Of a stretch of DNA of 64,000 nucleotides, positions 28,383 through 37,983 are shown piece by piece. The position numbers were made by a program, and so were the translations under genes. The stretch's first letter is position 1, and each line of letters begins with the position of its first letter. Origin of the DNA: a virus (taxonomy: Duplodnaviria; Caudoviricetes); IMG/VR virus record IMGVR_UViG_3300050142_000050, positions 1 through 64,000 of that record. One strand, given 5' to 3'. The notes beneath the pieces are model-generated. The model worked only from the letters and a program-made list of their open reading frames with translations. It was not told where the DNA came from and searched no databases.

Positions 28383-29108
28383 TTATACTACGGTCTTCAA
28401 AATGGAGGTACGGATATCGGCGATCTCTTCGAGACCGATGTACCCACCATTGACGGCGCGACGTGCACCTTTGTCATCGTTCTTGGCGACGAACGGCATG
28501 ACCTTTGCCTTCTGCCAGAAAGTGATAGCTCCCACCACCATGGATTTTGGATCAGTACGGATCTGATCAGAGGTGATACCACATTCATTGAGGAGACGTT
28601 CGTATTCGGCTGCACCTGTATGTTGGATCAGACCGCCACCTCGGCGATTGAATCCATCGTCATCGTCGAGACCATTGAGCTCATTGCCCATACGGCCGCC
28701 GTAGACCTTGTTGCCCAAGATGCGGTCTTCGTCACCATCCTCAGGGTTACCATCCCACACAAAGGGTTTGGCGGACTCGAGTGTGGGGAAGCGCTTGGGC
28801 CAGATCTTGCAGATTCGTTCGGCGGAGGTGAATCGCATACCCTCAGAGAAGCGTACATAGCCACCGGTCTCGTGCGCGGTCTGTGCCACGAACTCGGCCA
28901 GTTGTCGGGGGGCCGATAGGATACCTGAAGCCGGGAGTAGCTCAGCCATGAACTTGGCGATCTCTGGCATCGGAGATGTGATCTTACCTTCGGTCGCGAT
29001 ACGCAGGATACCGAGCATAGTGTTCTTACCGAACACTCCGTCCACACCGCCTGTGTAATAGCCGAGTTTGGTGAGATTGGTTTGTGTTTTTGGAATATCG
29101 ATGGTCAT
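28383..29108 (-). CDS. Modular endolysin: peptidoglycan-binding domain plus GH19 lysozyme
   Basis: LTKLGYYTGGVDGVFGKNT; AQTAHETGG; RGGGLIQHTG; RRAVNGGYIGL. Confidence 0.88.
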   Translation of the reverse strand: MTIDIPKTQTNLTKLGYYTGGVDGVFGKNTMLGILRIATEGKITSPMPEIAKFMAELLPASGILSAPRQLAEFVAQTAHETGGYVRFSEGMRFTSAERICKIWPKRFPTLESAKPFVWDGNPEDGDEDRILGNKVYGGRMGNELNGLDDDDGFNRRGGGLIQHTGAAEYERLLNECGITSDQIRTDPKSMVVGAITFWQKAKVMPFVAKNDDKGARRAVNGGYIGLEEIADIRTSILKTVV

Positions 29109-29189
29109 AGTAGATGACTCCTAGATATAAATTTAGGTACATAGCATGGGCAGATAGGGAGAGGGGCAGATGCCCCTCTCCCTACTAAA

Positions 29190-29564
29190 TCAATAGAAAC
29201 TGATAGCGGCACTGATCGTGTCGGTACCACCATTCTTCTTGAGACGGAACGGATGATAGCCCCGAACATAGAAGGTCTGATGAACATGTTCATCAGTCAG
29301 GGTCTCGACGGGGTTGTCGTATTTGTCATAGACCACCCAGTTCTCCCAGGGATATTCATCATCATTATCCCGCATGAACCGATAGCTACAGTTCAGAAAC
29401 TCGACATCATCTTCGACTGTCGGTACGAATCGCTGTGGAGTGAAACTCCCAGTAATAGTCCTGATCTGGAACTCATAAGTCGAGGCGGTTATGCGAGCGA
29501 TTTTCTCACCATCCCATTTCTTAGCCAGGGTGGCAGTATTGGCGGTTTGACGAATAAGGGGCAT
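29190..29564 (-). CDS. Hypothetical protein (tail-fiber accessory?)
   Basis: In an operon downstream of the fiber-like gene. Confidence 0.55.
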   Translation of the reverse strand: MPLIRQTANTATLAKKWDGEKIARITASTYEFQIRTITGSFTPQRFVPTVEDDVEFLNCSYRFMRDNDDEYPWENWVVYDKYDNPVETLTDEHVHQTFYVRGYHPFRLKKNGGTDTISAAISFY

Positions 29565-29582
29565 TGTGGATCCTTCCAGGCG

Positions 29583-30026
29583 TCAGCTATTCTTCAGCGT
29601 GACAGAAGCGGTGTCGGTCACCGATACCTTCACACTCTTAGCATCTCCGCCAAAATAATGAATGATTGACTTCGGTGTACCGCTGACCACAGCAGTCTTT
29701 ACAGAATTTACCACCGAGCCGTCGAACTTCGTAATGGAGAAGGTGACTTGTCCTGATCCTTCGACATAGAAGCGATAGAGTGCTCCTAAGTTATACCAGA
29801 GATCGGGTACCATCTTGGCAGATGCGGGTACATCACCAGATGGGTTAACGCTACCATATTCGTTTTCGAAATAGGTAGTCAATACCTTCTTGGTAGTGAT
29901 TGGATCATAGTTACCAGCATTGTCGAGACTAGCATAAGCCGTCCTCGAGTAGATGGCACTACCGATCATGATTGTCACTGATACAGTGTTGGACTCTCGG
30001 TTGAATTTATCGATCCTGACGATCAT
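29583..30026 (-). CDS. Hypothetical protein (tail-fiber assembly-like)
   Basis: AAGGAG RBS; immediately downstream of the fiber gene. Confidence 0.55.
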   Translation of the reverse strand: MIVRIDKFNRESNTVSVTIMIGSAIYSRTAYASLDNAGNYDPITTKKVLTTYFENEYGSVNPSGDVPASAKMVPDLWYNLGALYRFYVEGSGQVTFSITKFDGSVVNSVKTAVVSGTPKSIIHYFGGDAKSVKVSVTDTASVTLKNS

Positions 30027-30038
30027 GATCTCTACTCC

Positions 30039-31130
30039 TTAAGGGGTCACCCAGGCTTCACCATTCCAGATGGAAGTGGGAGTGGGTTGCGCGGGAGGTT
30101 GAGCGTAGAGTGGGATCGAGTTCACGACAGCGGTCGCGGTCCACTGGACAGATGCGGCACTGTCGTTAGACTGAAGGACGAAGCCAGTACCATCAGAGTT
30201 GATGTTACCGCCTACGTTATCACCGTTGGTAGCTGCGGCGTTGGAGTCGGCATAGCTCACGACGAATGTGATGTATTCCTTATTGTCGACGATGAACGGA
30301 ATGGGGAAGGTACTTCCACCGCCGCCCGGCTCATATGCAGTACCCTTACCGCGCTGCGCCAACTTCCACTTACCGGCAAAGAGTGGGCGATAATCCCATT
30401 CGATCCAACGACCATCCGAGATGGATACACGACCCCATACACATTCGCTCTTACGAACGAAGTCTGATGCGTGGTAGCCATCGAGAAGATCGGCATTCAT
30501 ACCTGAGCCTGGACCATCATTGCCGTCGGTCCACACTGAATGACCATCGGGAGTCAAACGCAGATCGGTACTGGTGAAGGTAGCCATGATCTGATTGGTG
30601 GTAGCATTGAAGATTTCGAGCTCGCCCTGTACGCGATGACGTACCCGGAGTTCATCACCACCGGTCAAAGACAAGGCCAATGCCGAATTCTCTGAGTCGC
30701 CCAGGATTGTGATCATACCTGCCAGTATTTTGGATGATGTACCCAGGACTTCCTGCCAGATGGGATTTCCTTCAGGGTTGGTACCCACATTCCAATACAG
30801 ACGACTAGTCGTCGCATTGATGTAGAAAGCACCGGCTGGGATGATCGTACCAGTGATAGTCCGATTGGGAGCGGACTCATACGCACCCACGAACATGCTA
30901 CCCAACTGGGTGACAAGGTTCTGGGCAGTGTTGATGGCTGCAAGTGCAGTAGCGACCGAGTTCGACACCGCTGTCGCATTAGCGTCAGTGGCGGTCTTGA
31001 GAGACAACATCTGATCCATGGATGCGGCGAGCCATCCGTGGAATCCAGAGAGACTTTGGGTGATGGGTTTTATCCGCATATCCACGATGTGGGATAGATA
31101 GGTGGATAATCTTGAGTGAATACGCATCAT
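30039..31130 (-). CDS. Tail fiber-like protein
   Basis: VWTDGNDGPGSGMNADLLDGYHASDF fiber motif; C-terminal TFPIPF fiber-tip-like segment. Confidence 0.7.
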   Translation of the reverse strand: MMRIHSRLSTYLSHIVDMRIKPITQSLSGFHGWLAASMDQMLSLKTATDANATAVSNSVATALAAINTAQNLVTQLGSMFVGAYESAPNRTITGTIIPAGAFYINATTSRLYWNVGTNPEGNPIWQEVLGTSSKILAGMITILGDSENSALALSLTGGDELRVRHRVQGELEIFNATTNQIMATFTSTDLRLTPDGHSVWTDGNDGPGSGMNADLLDGYHASDFVRKSECVWGRVSISDGRWIEWDYRPLFAGKWKLAQRGKGTAYEPGGGGSTFPIPFIVDNKEYITFVVSYADSNAAATNGDNVGGNINSDGTGFVLQSNDSAASVQWTATAVVNSIPLYAQPPAQPTPTSIWNGEAWVTP

Positions 31131-31247
31131 GGAATCTCCGATACATCCGCCTGTCAGCGATCATAAAATTACAAAAGAGTTATACTATTCAGTCAGAGGT
31201 CTGTTCCATGCTATGAAACCCCTCTAGAACGAGTTAGGATCTAGGGC

Positions 31248-33110
31248 ATGACTACGTTATATCATCGAGTGGAGGACCAGTCTAGGTCCATCCTCTATAA
31301 CACCGCCGAGACTGTAGTGAAGGCACTCCTGGAAGATATCGGCCAGAGTGAGTATATGGAAGAAGCCATCTATATCACCAGTGGCTTCACGACGACTTCT
31401 GACTACACTGACGGTAACGGTAATGTGAACATGATCCGTAATCGTTGTAATGTGAAACTCGAATACGTCCTCGATAAGTCACAAGTACCATGGCCAGTCG
31501 AAACTCCCTATACCACGACGGCATCGTTGCGCGGTGTGGGAAATGTGGGACGCCATCCTCTGGTGTTGATCGATGCTGATTCGTCGGTGATGATCGAATA
31601 TCAGACTGTACCATGCGCACTCAATCTCGACTTCGAGTTGATCTATCAGTCCTACGACGATGCGTTGCGGGCGATGGATGTCTTGATGACGAAATATCGA
31701 GGAACTCTCCTGACCGCACCATTTGACATTCCTTTGGATATGTCAGTACCTCGTTCACTCATCGAGTTTCTTGTGTTTGTCTATACCTCGAAAGAGGATT
31801 ACAAGAACAAGACCTTCCTGCAATATCTCCAAGATAAGCAGATCACCCGTTTCGGATTCGATGTCCGTAAGAGTGATATCGGGAGCGATGATCCCTTCGT
31901 GGAACTCAAGGTCCATGCAATCCAATCTGGTGCGCAGTGTCAGGTGACCATGGATCAGAATGAACCTGAGGCTGACATGGTGGATAATCTACCAGATAGT
32001 TTCTCGGTCAAATTCCGTGCACAGTTCCAGTTTGGTAGGCCGATAGCTTTCATTGTCAACTGTCAGCCGGCTATCGACAACAATCTCATCCCTGCTGAAC
32101 TCTTTTCGAGTAAGACAGCTCAGGGTCACTATAACCCCAAGATGCCCACCCTCTATGACAACATCGGGTTCTCGACTACATTCAGTACGTCGGCCGATGG
32201 GCGTGGGCAGTTTGTTCGGTTCAATCGATACCCTGAGTATGACGACTGGGTACCCCGTGACAGTCTCTATCTCAAGTTCGAGTATAACCCTCTGTTGATC
32301 CAGCACTTCACGCTTGATCCTGGGGTGACTCAGATTGACCTGAAGGCTATGGGTGATATCGAACTCAATCCGATCGCTATCGATATCCTAACAGTGGGCG
32401 GGCAGTCGGTACTCGAGTTTGGTTCACTGCTCCATGTGGGTATATGGGCTGATGACACTCAGATGACATCGGGTGTCTCTATCTCTGATGATCTGGTGGT
32501 ATCGATCGATACCTCTATCAAGAGCCGTAATTATCGATTGGTGATTTCTGAGACGACCAACATCCAGTATACTGATCTGATGTGGAACAGCATCTTGATG
32601 AAGTATCGCTACTTCTTCCCACTGACGATTGCTCGCAATATCAGTGAACTCATCGATGTCGGGTGTTTTGTAACGACTGTGGATTCTGGGTTCTATTCGA
32701 CCCTGGTCAATATGTCGAATGCAGGTACCCTCGGTACGGTGCTGAGTAAGATGATCGCAGATGGTGATGACACCTCAGTCCTACTTGGCTATGCATCCAC
32801 CACAGATCAACTTACCTCATATCTGGTCGATCGAAATTCGATGGTGAGGAACTATACTCTCCCTACGGATGCGTCTGCTGAGTCAGTCAAGCTCCGTTAT
32901 TACTATTCGAAATATGCATCTGTGAAGAGTCGTTCTCTTCTCACTGTGTTTGTGGGGATTGCTTTCTCGAAGGGGTATTTGGCAGAGGAAGATATTCCTT
33001 CTGTGAACTTCGAACCGAACCGAGAAGTCTTCCCACTCTTTACCACCGATGGAGGGTATTATGGCATTAACACCCCGTTTAGGGTCCTCTCTGGTACCAT
33101 CAGCCGATAA
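31248..33110 (+). CDS. phiKZ-like virion structural protein
   Basis: First gene of a four-gene late operon; TATG late-promoter-like site at 31212. Confidence 0.55.
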   Translation: MTTLYHRVEDQSRSILYNTAETVVKALLEDIGQSEYMEEAIYITSGFTTTSDYTDGNGNVNMIRNRCNVKLEYVLDKSQVPWPVETPYTTTASLRGVGNVGRHPLVLIDADSSVMIEYQTVPCALNLDFELIYQSYDDALRAMDVLMTKYRGTLLTAPFDIPLDMSVPRSLIEFLVFVYTSKEDYKNKTFLQYLQDKQITRFGFDVRKSDIGSDDPFVELKVHAIQSGAQCQVTMDQNEPEADMVDNLPDSFSVKFRAQFQFGRPIAFIVNCQPAIDNNLIPAELFSSKTAQGHYNPKMPTLYDNIGFSTTFSTSADGRGQFVRFNRYPEYDDWVPRDSLYLKFEYNPLLIQHFTLDPGVTQIDLKAMGDIELNPIAIDILTVGGQSVLEFGSLLHVGIWADDTQMTSGVSISDDLVVSIDTSIKSRNYRLVISETTNIQYTDLMWNSILMKYRYFFPLTIARNISELIDVGCFVTTVDSGFYSTLVNMSNAGTLGTVLSKMIADGDDTSVLLGYASTTDQLTSYLVDRNSMVRNYTLPTDASAESVKLRYYYSKYASVKSRSLLTVFVGIAFSKGYLAEEDIPSVNFEPNREVFPLFTTDGGYYGINTPFRVLSGTISR

Positions 33111-34359
33111 TACGGTACCCAGTGATATTCCCAATACCCAATCTGATGCTACCATGGCCATGGACTATCTCTCTGACGGTGTCCTCAACAAGGTGGCTGT
33201 GGACATGGGTCAGTATCCCAAGGTCCATGCTGGTATCTTGGGTTTTGTCAAGGGTAAGCGTGTACCTTGTACCTATTACCGCGTAGTCAAGACCACTGGG
33301 GCGAACGTACGCTCACATGTGGCTGACTATGCAACCACAATCAATCCGAACAATGTTGAATATATCAAGATCTTGAACTTCGAGATCACCCTACAAAAGG
33401 GATTCGAGTTCTCGGCCAATAACGAGACTGCTAGTGGTAGCATGACGGCTACCGCCTACTTCTACCCCAATAGTAATCCGTCTATCGCTGATCTGGTGAT
33501 CCTACCTACCGGTGATGGTCGTCGAGGCATCTTCCGTGTCTCAAAGATCGATATCAGTGGTTGGCAGAATGATCGGGGCTACTCGGTCACTCTATCACTT
33601 CAGTCCTTCATGGATCAGAGTGATGAAGCTGCTTTTGAGATGAGTGTCCGTAAGGTACTCGTGTTTGATAAGGCTAACTTCCTCGGGGGTACTCATGCTC
33701 TCATCACGGAAGAGACCTATCGCTATCTCCAAAAGATCGGACAGTTCCGTGCCAATCTGTTTCGACACTTCCACATGCAGTTCTTCGATCGAGATCGTAG
33801 TTCTTACTTCCGAGCAGATGCGGTATATGACCCCTATGTGACGAAGTTCATGTCGAAGAAGATTTCGATGGACTACAACCTCCCTATCCCCAAGAATCTC
33901 ATGGGGATGATTGAGGAGGACTATCGCTATTCGATCTGGTCTCGTCTGGAAGAAACCTTCAATCCTTCTCTGGTGGATCTACGGCGCTATACCGTGGGTA
34001 CGTCCTACGGGATGACGAAGATGAGTGGGTTCATCTCTGAGCTCTATGATCGCACGATCGTGAGTCTGACGAGTTCGAATGAGAATGGCGAAAGTTCTTA
34101 CGTGTTTTCTGAGAGCTTCTATGATGGTGCTGTTAGTACGATGACATCATTGGAGTCTGATGTACGCACGATGATCATCAATAGAACTGAGCCTGATCTG
34201 GGACCGATGATCGATAATTATCTGTCACTGGCTACCTCTCTTCCTAAGGACCGTGCGTTCTACCTGATTCCGATCTATATCCACATGTGTGATATGGCTA
34301 AGGATCACAGGTTTGCGAAGATCGACTCCTCCTCTATGAATTACAAATCCACGGAGTGA
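33061..34359 (+). CDS. phiKZ-like virion structural protein
   Basis: GGAGG RBS and ATG 33061; YP...P...D....GDGRRGIFRV motif recalled from phiKZ-family virion proteins. Confidence 0.55.
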   Translation: MALTPRLGSSLVPSADNTVPSDIPNTQSDATMAMDYLSDGVLNKVAVDMGQYPKVHAGILGFVKGKRVPCTYYRVVKTTGANVRSHVADYATTINPNNVEYIKILNFEITLQKGFEFSANNETASGSMTATAYFYPNSNPSIADLVILPTGDGRRGIFRVSKIDISGWQNDRGYSVTLSLQSFMDQSDEAAFEMSVRKVLVFDKANFLGGTHALITEETYRYLQKIGQFRANLFRHFHMQFFDRDRSSYFRADAVYDPYVTKFMSKKISMDYNLPIPKNLMGMIEEDYRYSIWSRLEETFNPSLVDLRRYTVGTSYGMTKMSGFISELYDRTIVSLTSSNENGESSYVFSESFYDGAVSTMTSLESDVRTMIINRTEPDLGPMIDNYLSLATSLPKDRAFYLIPIYIHMCDMAKDHRFAKIDSSSMNYKSTE

Positions 34360-34363
34360 GAAG

Positions 34364-35110
34364 ATGGCAATTGTAGCTTATGTCACCCCACACCACGAGC
34401 TGATTCAGCGTAAGTTTGAGGTCCTCGTACCGATGCACTATCACCCTGGTGGGCGAGCGGACTATGATCCACTCGCTACCCAGCAGAAGGTGGATCCTTT
34501 GGAATTCACTTATCGGATGGTGACCATCGATGATCGACCCAATATCCCATTCGTCCACATCGAGAATCCTCACGCGAAGGGTCGTGTCTTCTACGAGATT
34601 CCTATCCTGATTGACATGAAGGAAAGGGGTGTACCTTTCACCTTTATGGATTGGGCAGATACAGTCCATTGTTTCGACACGATCGATCGTTATCTGATCT
34701 ATGTCTACGACTACATCGAACGTCGGTCTGAGGAGCATGTGAACTTCTGTCGGAGACTCATCAAGCTTCGTGAAGGTGTCTATCCTCTCTGGTTCAAGTT
34801 CATGAGGGAAAATCCCACAGCAGAAGATGAGCTCTATGCTGGTGGTTCCAAGAAGGACGACATCGTCAACTTCATGGCTAGGATGCTCGGTAAGGGTATC
34901 GAGACAGCCGATCCAGTCTTGCGTAGACGTAAGCCTCCTTATGACTTGGAAGCTCTACAGGTCGTCAAGCAGGAAGTCGTGGTATCACCTACCAGTGATA
35001 ACTTCATGGCTGGTCTGGGCATCTCCACAGTCAAGAAGGATGAGATCCTCTCTGACAGTGGCAACGGATTCGACTTCAATGCGTTCCTGAATGGGAATCT
35101 CAACAAGTAA
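34364..35110 (+). CDS. Conserved hypothetical (virion operon)
   Basis: 248-aa ORF coupled within the operon. Confidence 0.6.
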   Translation: MAIVAYVTPHHELIQRKFEVLVPMHYHPGGRADYDPLATQQKVDPLEFTYRMVTIDDRPNIPFVHIENPHAKGRVFYEIPILIDMKERGVPFTFMDWADTVHCFDTIDRYLIYVYDYIERRSEEHVNFCRRLIKLREGVYPLWFKFMRENPTAEDELYAGGSKKDDIVNFMARMLGKGIETADPVLRRRKPPYDLEALQVVKQEVVVSPTSDNFMAGLGISTVKKDEILSDSGNGFDFNAFLNGNLNK

Positions 35111-35122
35111 CGGAGATAGCCC

Positions 35123-36436
35123 ATGAAGAACGTAGTCTTACGTGAGGCGGCTGATCGGGTGGTGGCGAATCGCAAGGTTCTCTATCACTCGGTGAGTATG
35201 CAGCTGACTGACTCTGCTACTGGTAGTAGGAATGCAGCAGTCAAGTTCATCAACAATTTCCGAGTCACTCAGAACTTTGCTGAAGACATCTCCATGGCGA
35301 TTTATATCTCGTGGAAGATGACGCCTTGGTCTCTCCTATATGTCGCAGGAGATGGTCCTCCTAATGCATCTGTCACGATCGCTCCTTGTGATATCGTCGG
35401 TAGATGGGATGTGGAGGATGCTAAAGTCCTCAAGGGTGAGTTGGTCTTGATTGTGGACCCTGCCGTACTGGCTAAGGCTAAGGCCATGCCTAACTCAGGA
35501 CACCTGACAGATCTCATCGATTGTTCTGGTATGCTGGTTTATCCATCGGCTCTCAAAGCCCGCAGTAGCCGTATCGGAGGGGTACTCCCTAAAGCCTCAG
35601 TCGAGGATGCTATTCACTACATCGCGAATCAATTCGGGATGTCATCAGTGGCTATGCCTCCTCCCAACAACAAGCATGTGTATGACAATATCGTCTTGGA
35701 TGGATATTCCAGCCTCGATGAATGCATGTACAAGCTCCAGCAGAAGTATGGAGTCTACGAAGCGGGTATCTCCACTTGGGTGAAGAAGAATAACAACCTA
35801 GTGGTATGGCCTGCCTATGACACCACTCTGTCGCAGTCCAACAGTGAGATCACCTTCTATCAAGTCGACCAGGGAGACTATGCAGGCACGAATGGCCTGG
35901 GTAGGTACTTGGGTAGTGATTCTTACATCGAGGTGGTCTACAACCAGTCTCCGGTCATTACAGACCTATCTGTGGTGGGGGCAGAAGCTGCTGGGTCTGG
36001 ATTCGTCATGCTCAAGGCTAGTTCCTCTGGCGGTGGTCGCACGACAGTCGACTCCAAGGATGGTGCTAAGTTCACTGAGGATCACACCGTCACTGTCCAT
36101 CTCAACAAGGTACAGGGTGGTGTTAAGGATGCGAAGCGGGTGACCTATATAGGTAAGACCGATAATCCTTATCCGAAGATGGCACAGATCCTTTCCACTC
36201 AAGCCATTTTGGCTAAGATGGATTGGGCTTTCTCATCGCCATTCAGTCTCCATCCTTTTACCAAGGTGACCTATCAGTTCGACGATAACGACGTCCTCAA
36301 GAAGAGGACTGGTGTCATCGAGAGTATCGAGACCATTTCGAAACTGACTATGCAACGCAATGATAATTTCGAATCTATCTTTGCTCTGTCATCGACATTC
36401 ACCCTGCGTCTTTCTAAGAAAGCCACGACTGGATAG
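35123..36436 (+). CDS. Putative baseplate hub-like protein
   Basis: LQQKYGVY helix within a beta-rich architecture; operon context. Confidence 0.45.
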   Translation: MKNVVLREAADRVVANRKVLYHSVSMQLTDSATGSRNAAVKFINNFRVTQNFAEDISMAIYISWKMTPWSLLYVAGDGPPNASVTIAPCDIVGRWDVEDAKVLKGELVLIVDPAVLAKAKAMPNSGHLTDLIDCSGMLVYPSALKARSSRIGGVLPKASVEDAIHYIANQFGMSSVAMPPPNNKHVYDNIVLDGYSSLDECMYKLQQKYGVYEAGISTWVKKNNNLVVWPAYDTTLSQSNSEITFYQVDQGDYAGTNGLGRYLGSDSYIEVVYNQSPVITDLSVVGAEAAGSGFVMLKASSSGGGRTTVDSKDGAKFTEDHTVTVHLNKVQGGVKDAKRVTYIGKTDNPYPKMAQILSTQAILAKMDWAFSSPFSLHPFTKVTYQFDDNDVLKKRTGVIESIETISKLTMQRNDNFESIFALSSTFTLRLSKKATTG

Positions 36437-36467
36437 TTTAGGATGGAGGGCGTGAGCCCTCCATCCT

Positions 36468-37631
36468 CTATCTCTTATTGAGGTATTCGTACATACCCAC
36501 TAAACGAGTCCTGATGGTCTCACGATAGGGGAGTGAGTTTGAGATGTTATTCCACACCTCACTCCTGACCCAATGATAGATCTCTCGCTTTACATCCCTT
36601 TCGAAGGAAATCACTTCAGGGAGCTTGGATAGAGATGTGGTGACGAGGATCATCTCCCACCATGAGAGGTGGAGGATACAGGTAGCCCAAGGTTGCGTAC
36701 TGTCCGGGGATGGGATCGAATTCTTACCCAGTTCTAAGTAGTACTGGGTGAATGTCGTATCAGGAGATAGCTTGAGAGATGACAGAGCCACTAGAGGTGA
36801 AATAGATCCCTTGATCAAATCTGTCCTGAGAGCCTCCACATCGCGCTGTGCTGCGTTGAAGGTAGTACCCAGGGTATCACCGTTGATATTGTCCCAGAGG
36901 GTCATCGTAAAGGATCTGAGAGGTGATCCGCTGATGAGTGTCTTCCTGAAGTTGTTCCTGATCCACAAAGACACTGAATCCTTGACCAGGGTAGGAATCA
37001 CGATCTCTTCATGGAGGAAGTTCATGATGATGAGTTCGAGATTACCATCGGTACTGTGGGACTCGAAGTAGGAAAGGAACTTGGACACGAGTGAGACTGT
37101 GTCGAGAGTGTATACGACAAACTTAGGACCTACCCCATGGTAGAGGAGTTTGGCCTGGTGAGCTGTGTAGACAAGATCACAGTCGGATATGTCCATCATC
37201 CTGAAAGGACGAATGTTATCCCATCGGGCATCCTGATAAGAGACATAGTGCGGAATGTCAATCATCGGATGCTTGCGGCGCACAGGGATGATGACTTCAT
37301 CGCACTTTACTCGACTACTGATGAAGTAGTTCGAGCTGGGTCGTGTTTTGACCACACGTGAATCGATGGGTTGTTCCAGCTCGCGGATCATGAAGGTCAG
37401 ATCGGTAAGATCGAACTTCTTGTCGAGATAGAGAGGGATCACCACTTCGAGATCTACAGACTTGATGATCTCAGCCAGGAGACGCACTCCGTATGAATTG
37501 GAGTTCGTGTAGGAAGAACGACGAATAGACTCCTCGATCTTCACATTGGTGAACTGGAGGAACTGGTTCACCTTGGGAAGGAGGCGTGTCCTCTCCTGCC
37601 GCAGATACGTCAGGAAGTGATTGTTATACAT
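36468..37631 (-). CDS. Conserved chimallivirus protein divergent from chmA
   Basis: 387 aa; synteny with the reverse-strand gene upstream of chmA in phiKZ-like phages. Confidence 0.55.
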   Translation of the reverse strand: MYNNHFLTYLRQERTRLLPKVNQFLQFTNVKIEESIRRSSYTNSNSYGVRLLAEIIKSVDLEVVIPLYLDKKFDLTDLTFMIRELEQPIDSRVVKTRPSSNYFISSRVKCDEVIIPVRRKHPMIDIPHYVSYQDARWDNIRPFRMMDISDCDLVYTAHQAKLLYHGVGPKFVVYTLDTVSLVSKFLSYFESHSTDGNLELIIMNFLHEEIVIPTLVKDSVSLWIRNNFRKTLISGSPLRSFTMTLWDNINGDTLGTTFNAAQRDVEALRTDLIKGSISPLVALSSLKLSPDTTFTQYYLELGKNSIPSPDSTQPWATCILHLSWWEMILVTTSLSKLPEVISFERDVKREIYHWVRSEVWNNISNSLPYRETIRTRLVGMYEYLNKR

Positions 37632-37821
37632 GTTACCCTCTGACGGTTCGTGATGGAAGTCATACGATGTGCTATATTTACAGATATAATAAACGAGTAT
37701 TTTTACTAAGCAGTAGTAGGTGTATACTGTGATCAGTACCTGGACCGTTTAGGTCCTGGTTTACTGGAGGCTCTATGCGCTATATTCTGGAGAAGGCCAA
37801 ATCTCATGGAGATTGACCCTT

Positions 37822-37836
37822 CATATTACCAGTGTG
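37822..37836 (+). promoter_or_regulatory. Putative early promoter of chmA
   Basis: catattac cagtg tg. Confidence 0.7.
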
Positions 37837-37983
37837 AATGCGATACGTGATGATTAAAATCTTTACGATCGTGTTCGTTCTGCTATAGCGAAGACTAGAA
37901 ATTGAAGCTTCTATACTGGTCATTCGTGTTCCCCTCGAAAAGATCTATCGAGGGTTATTTCATACAAAGTGGAGAATTTTCCC

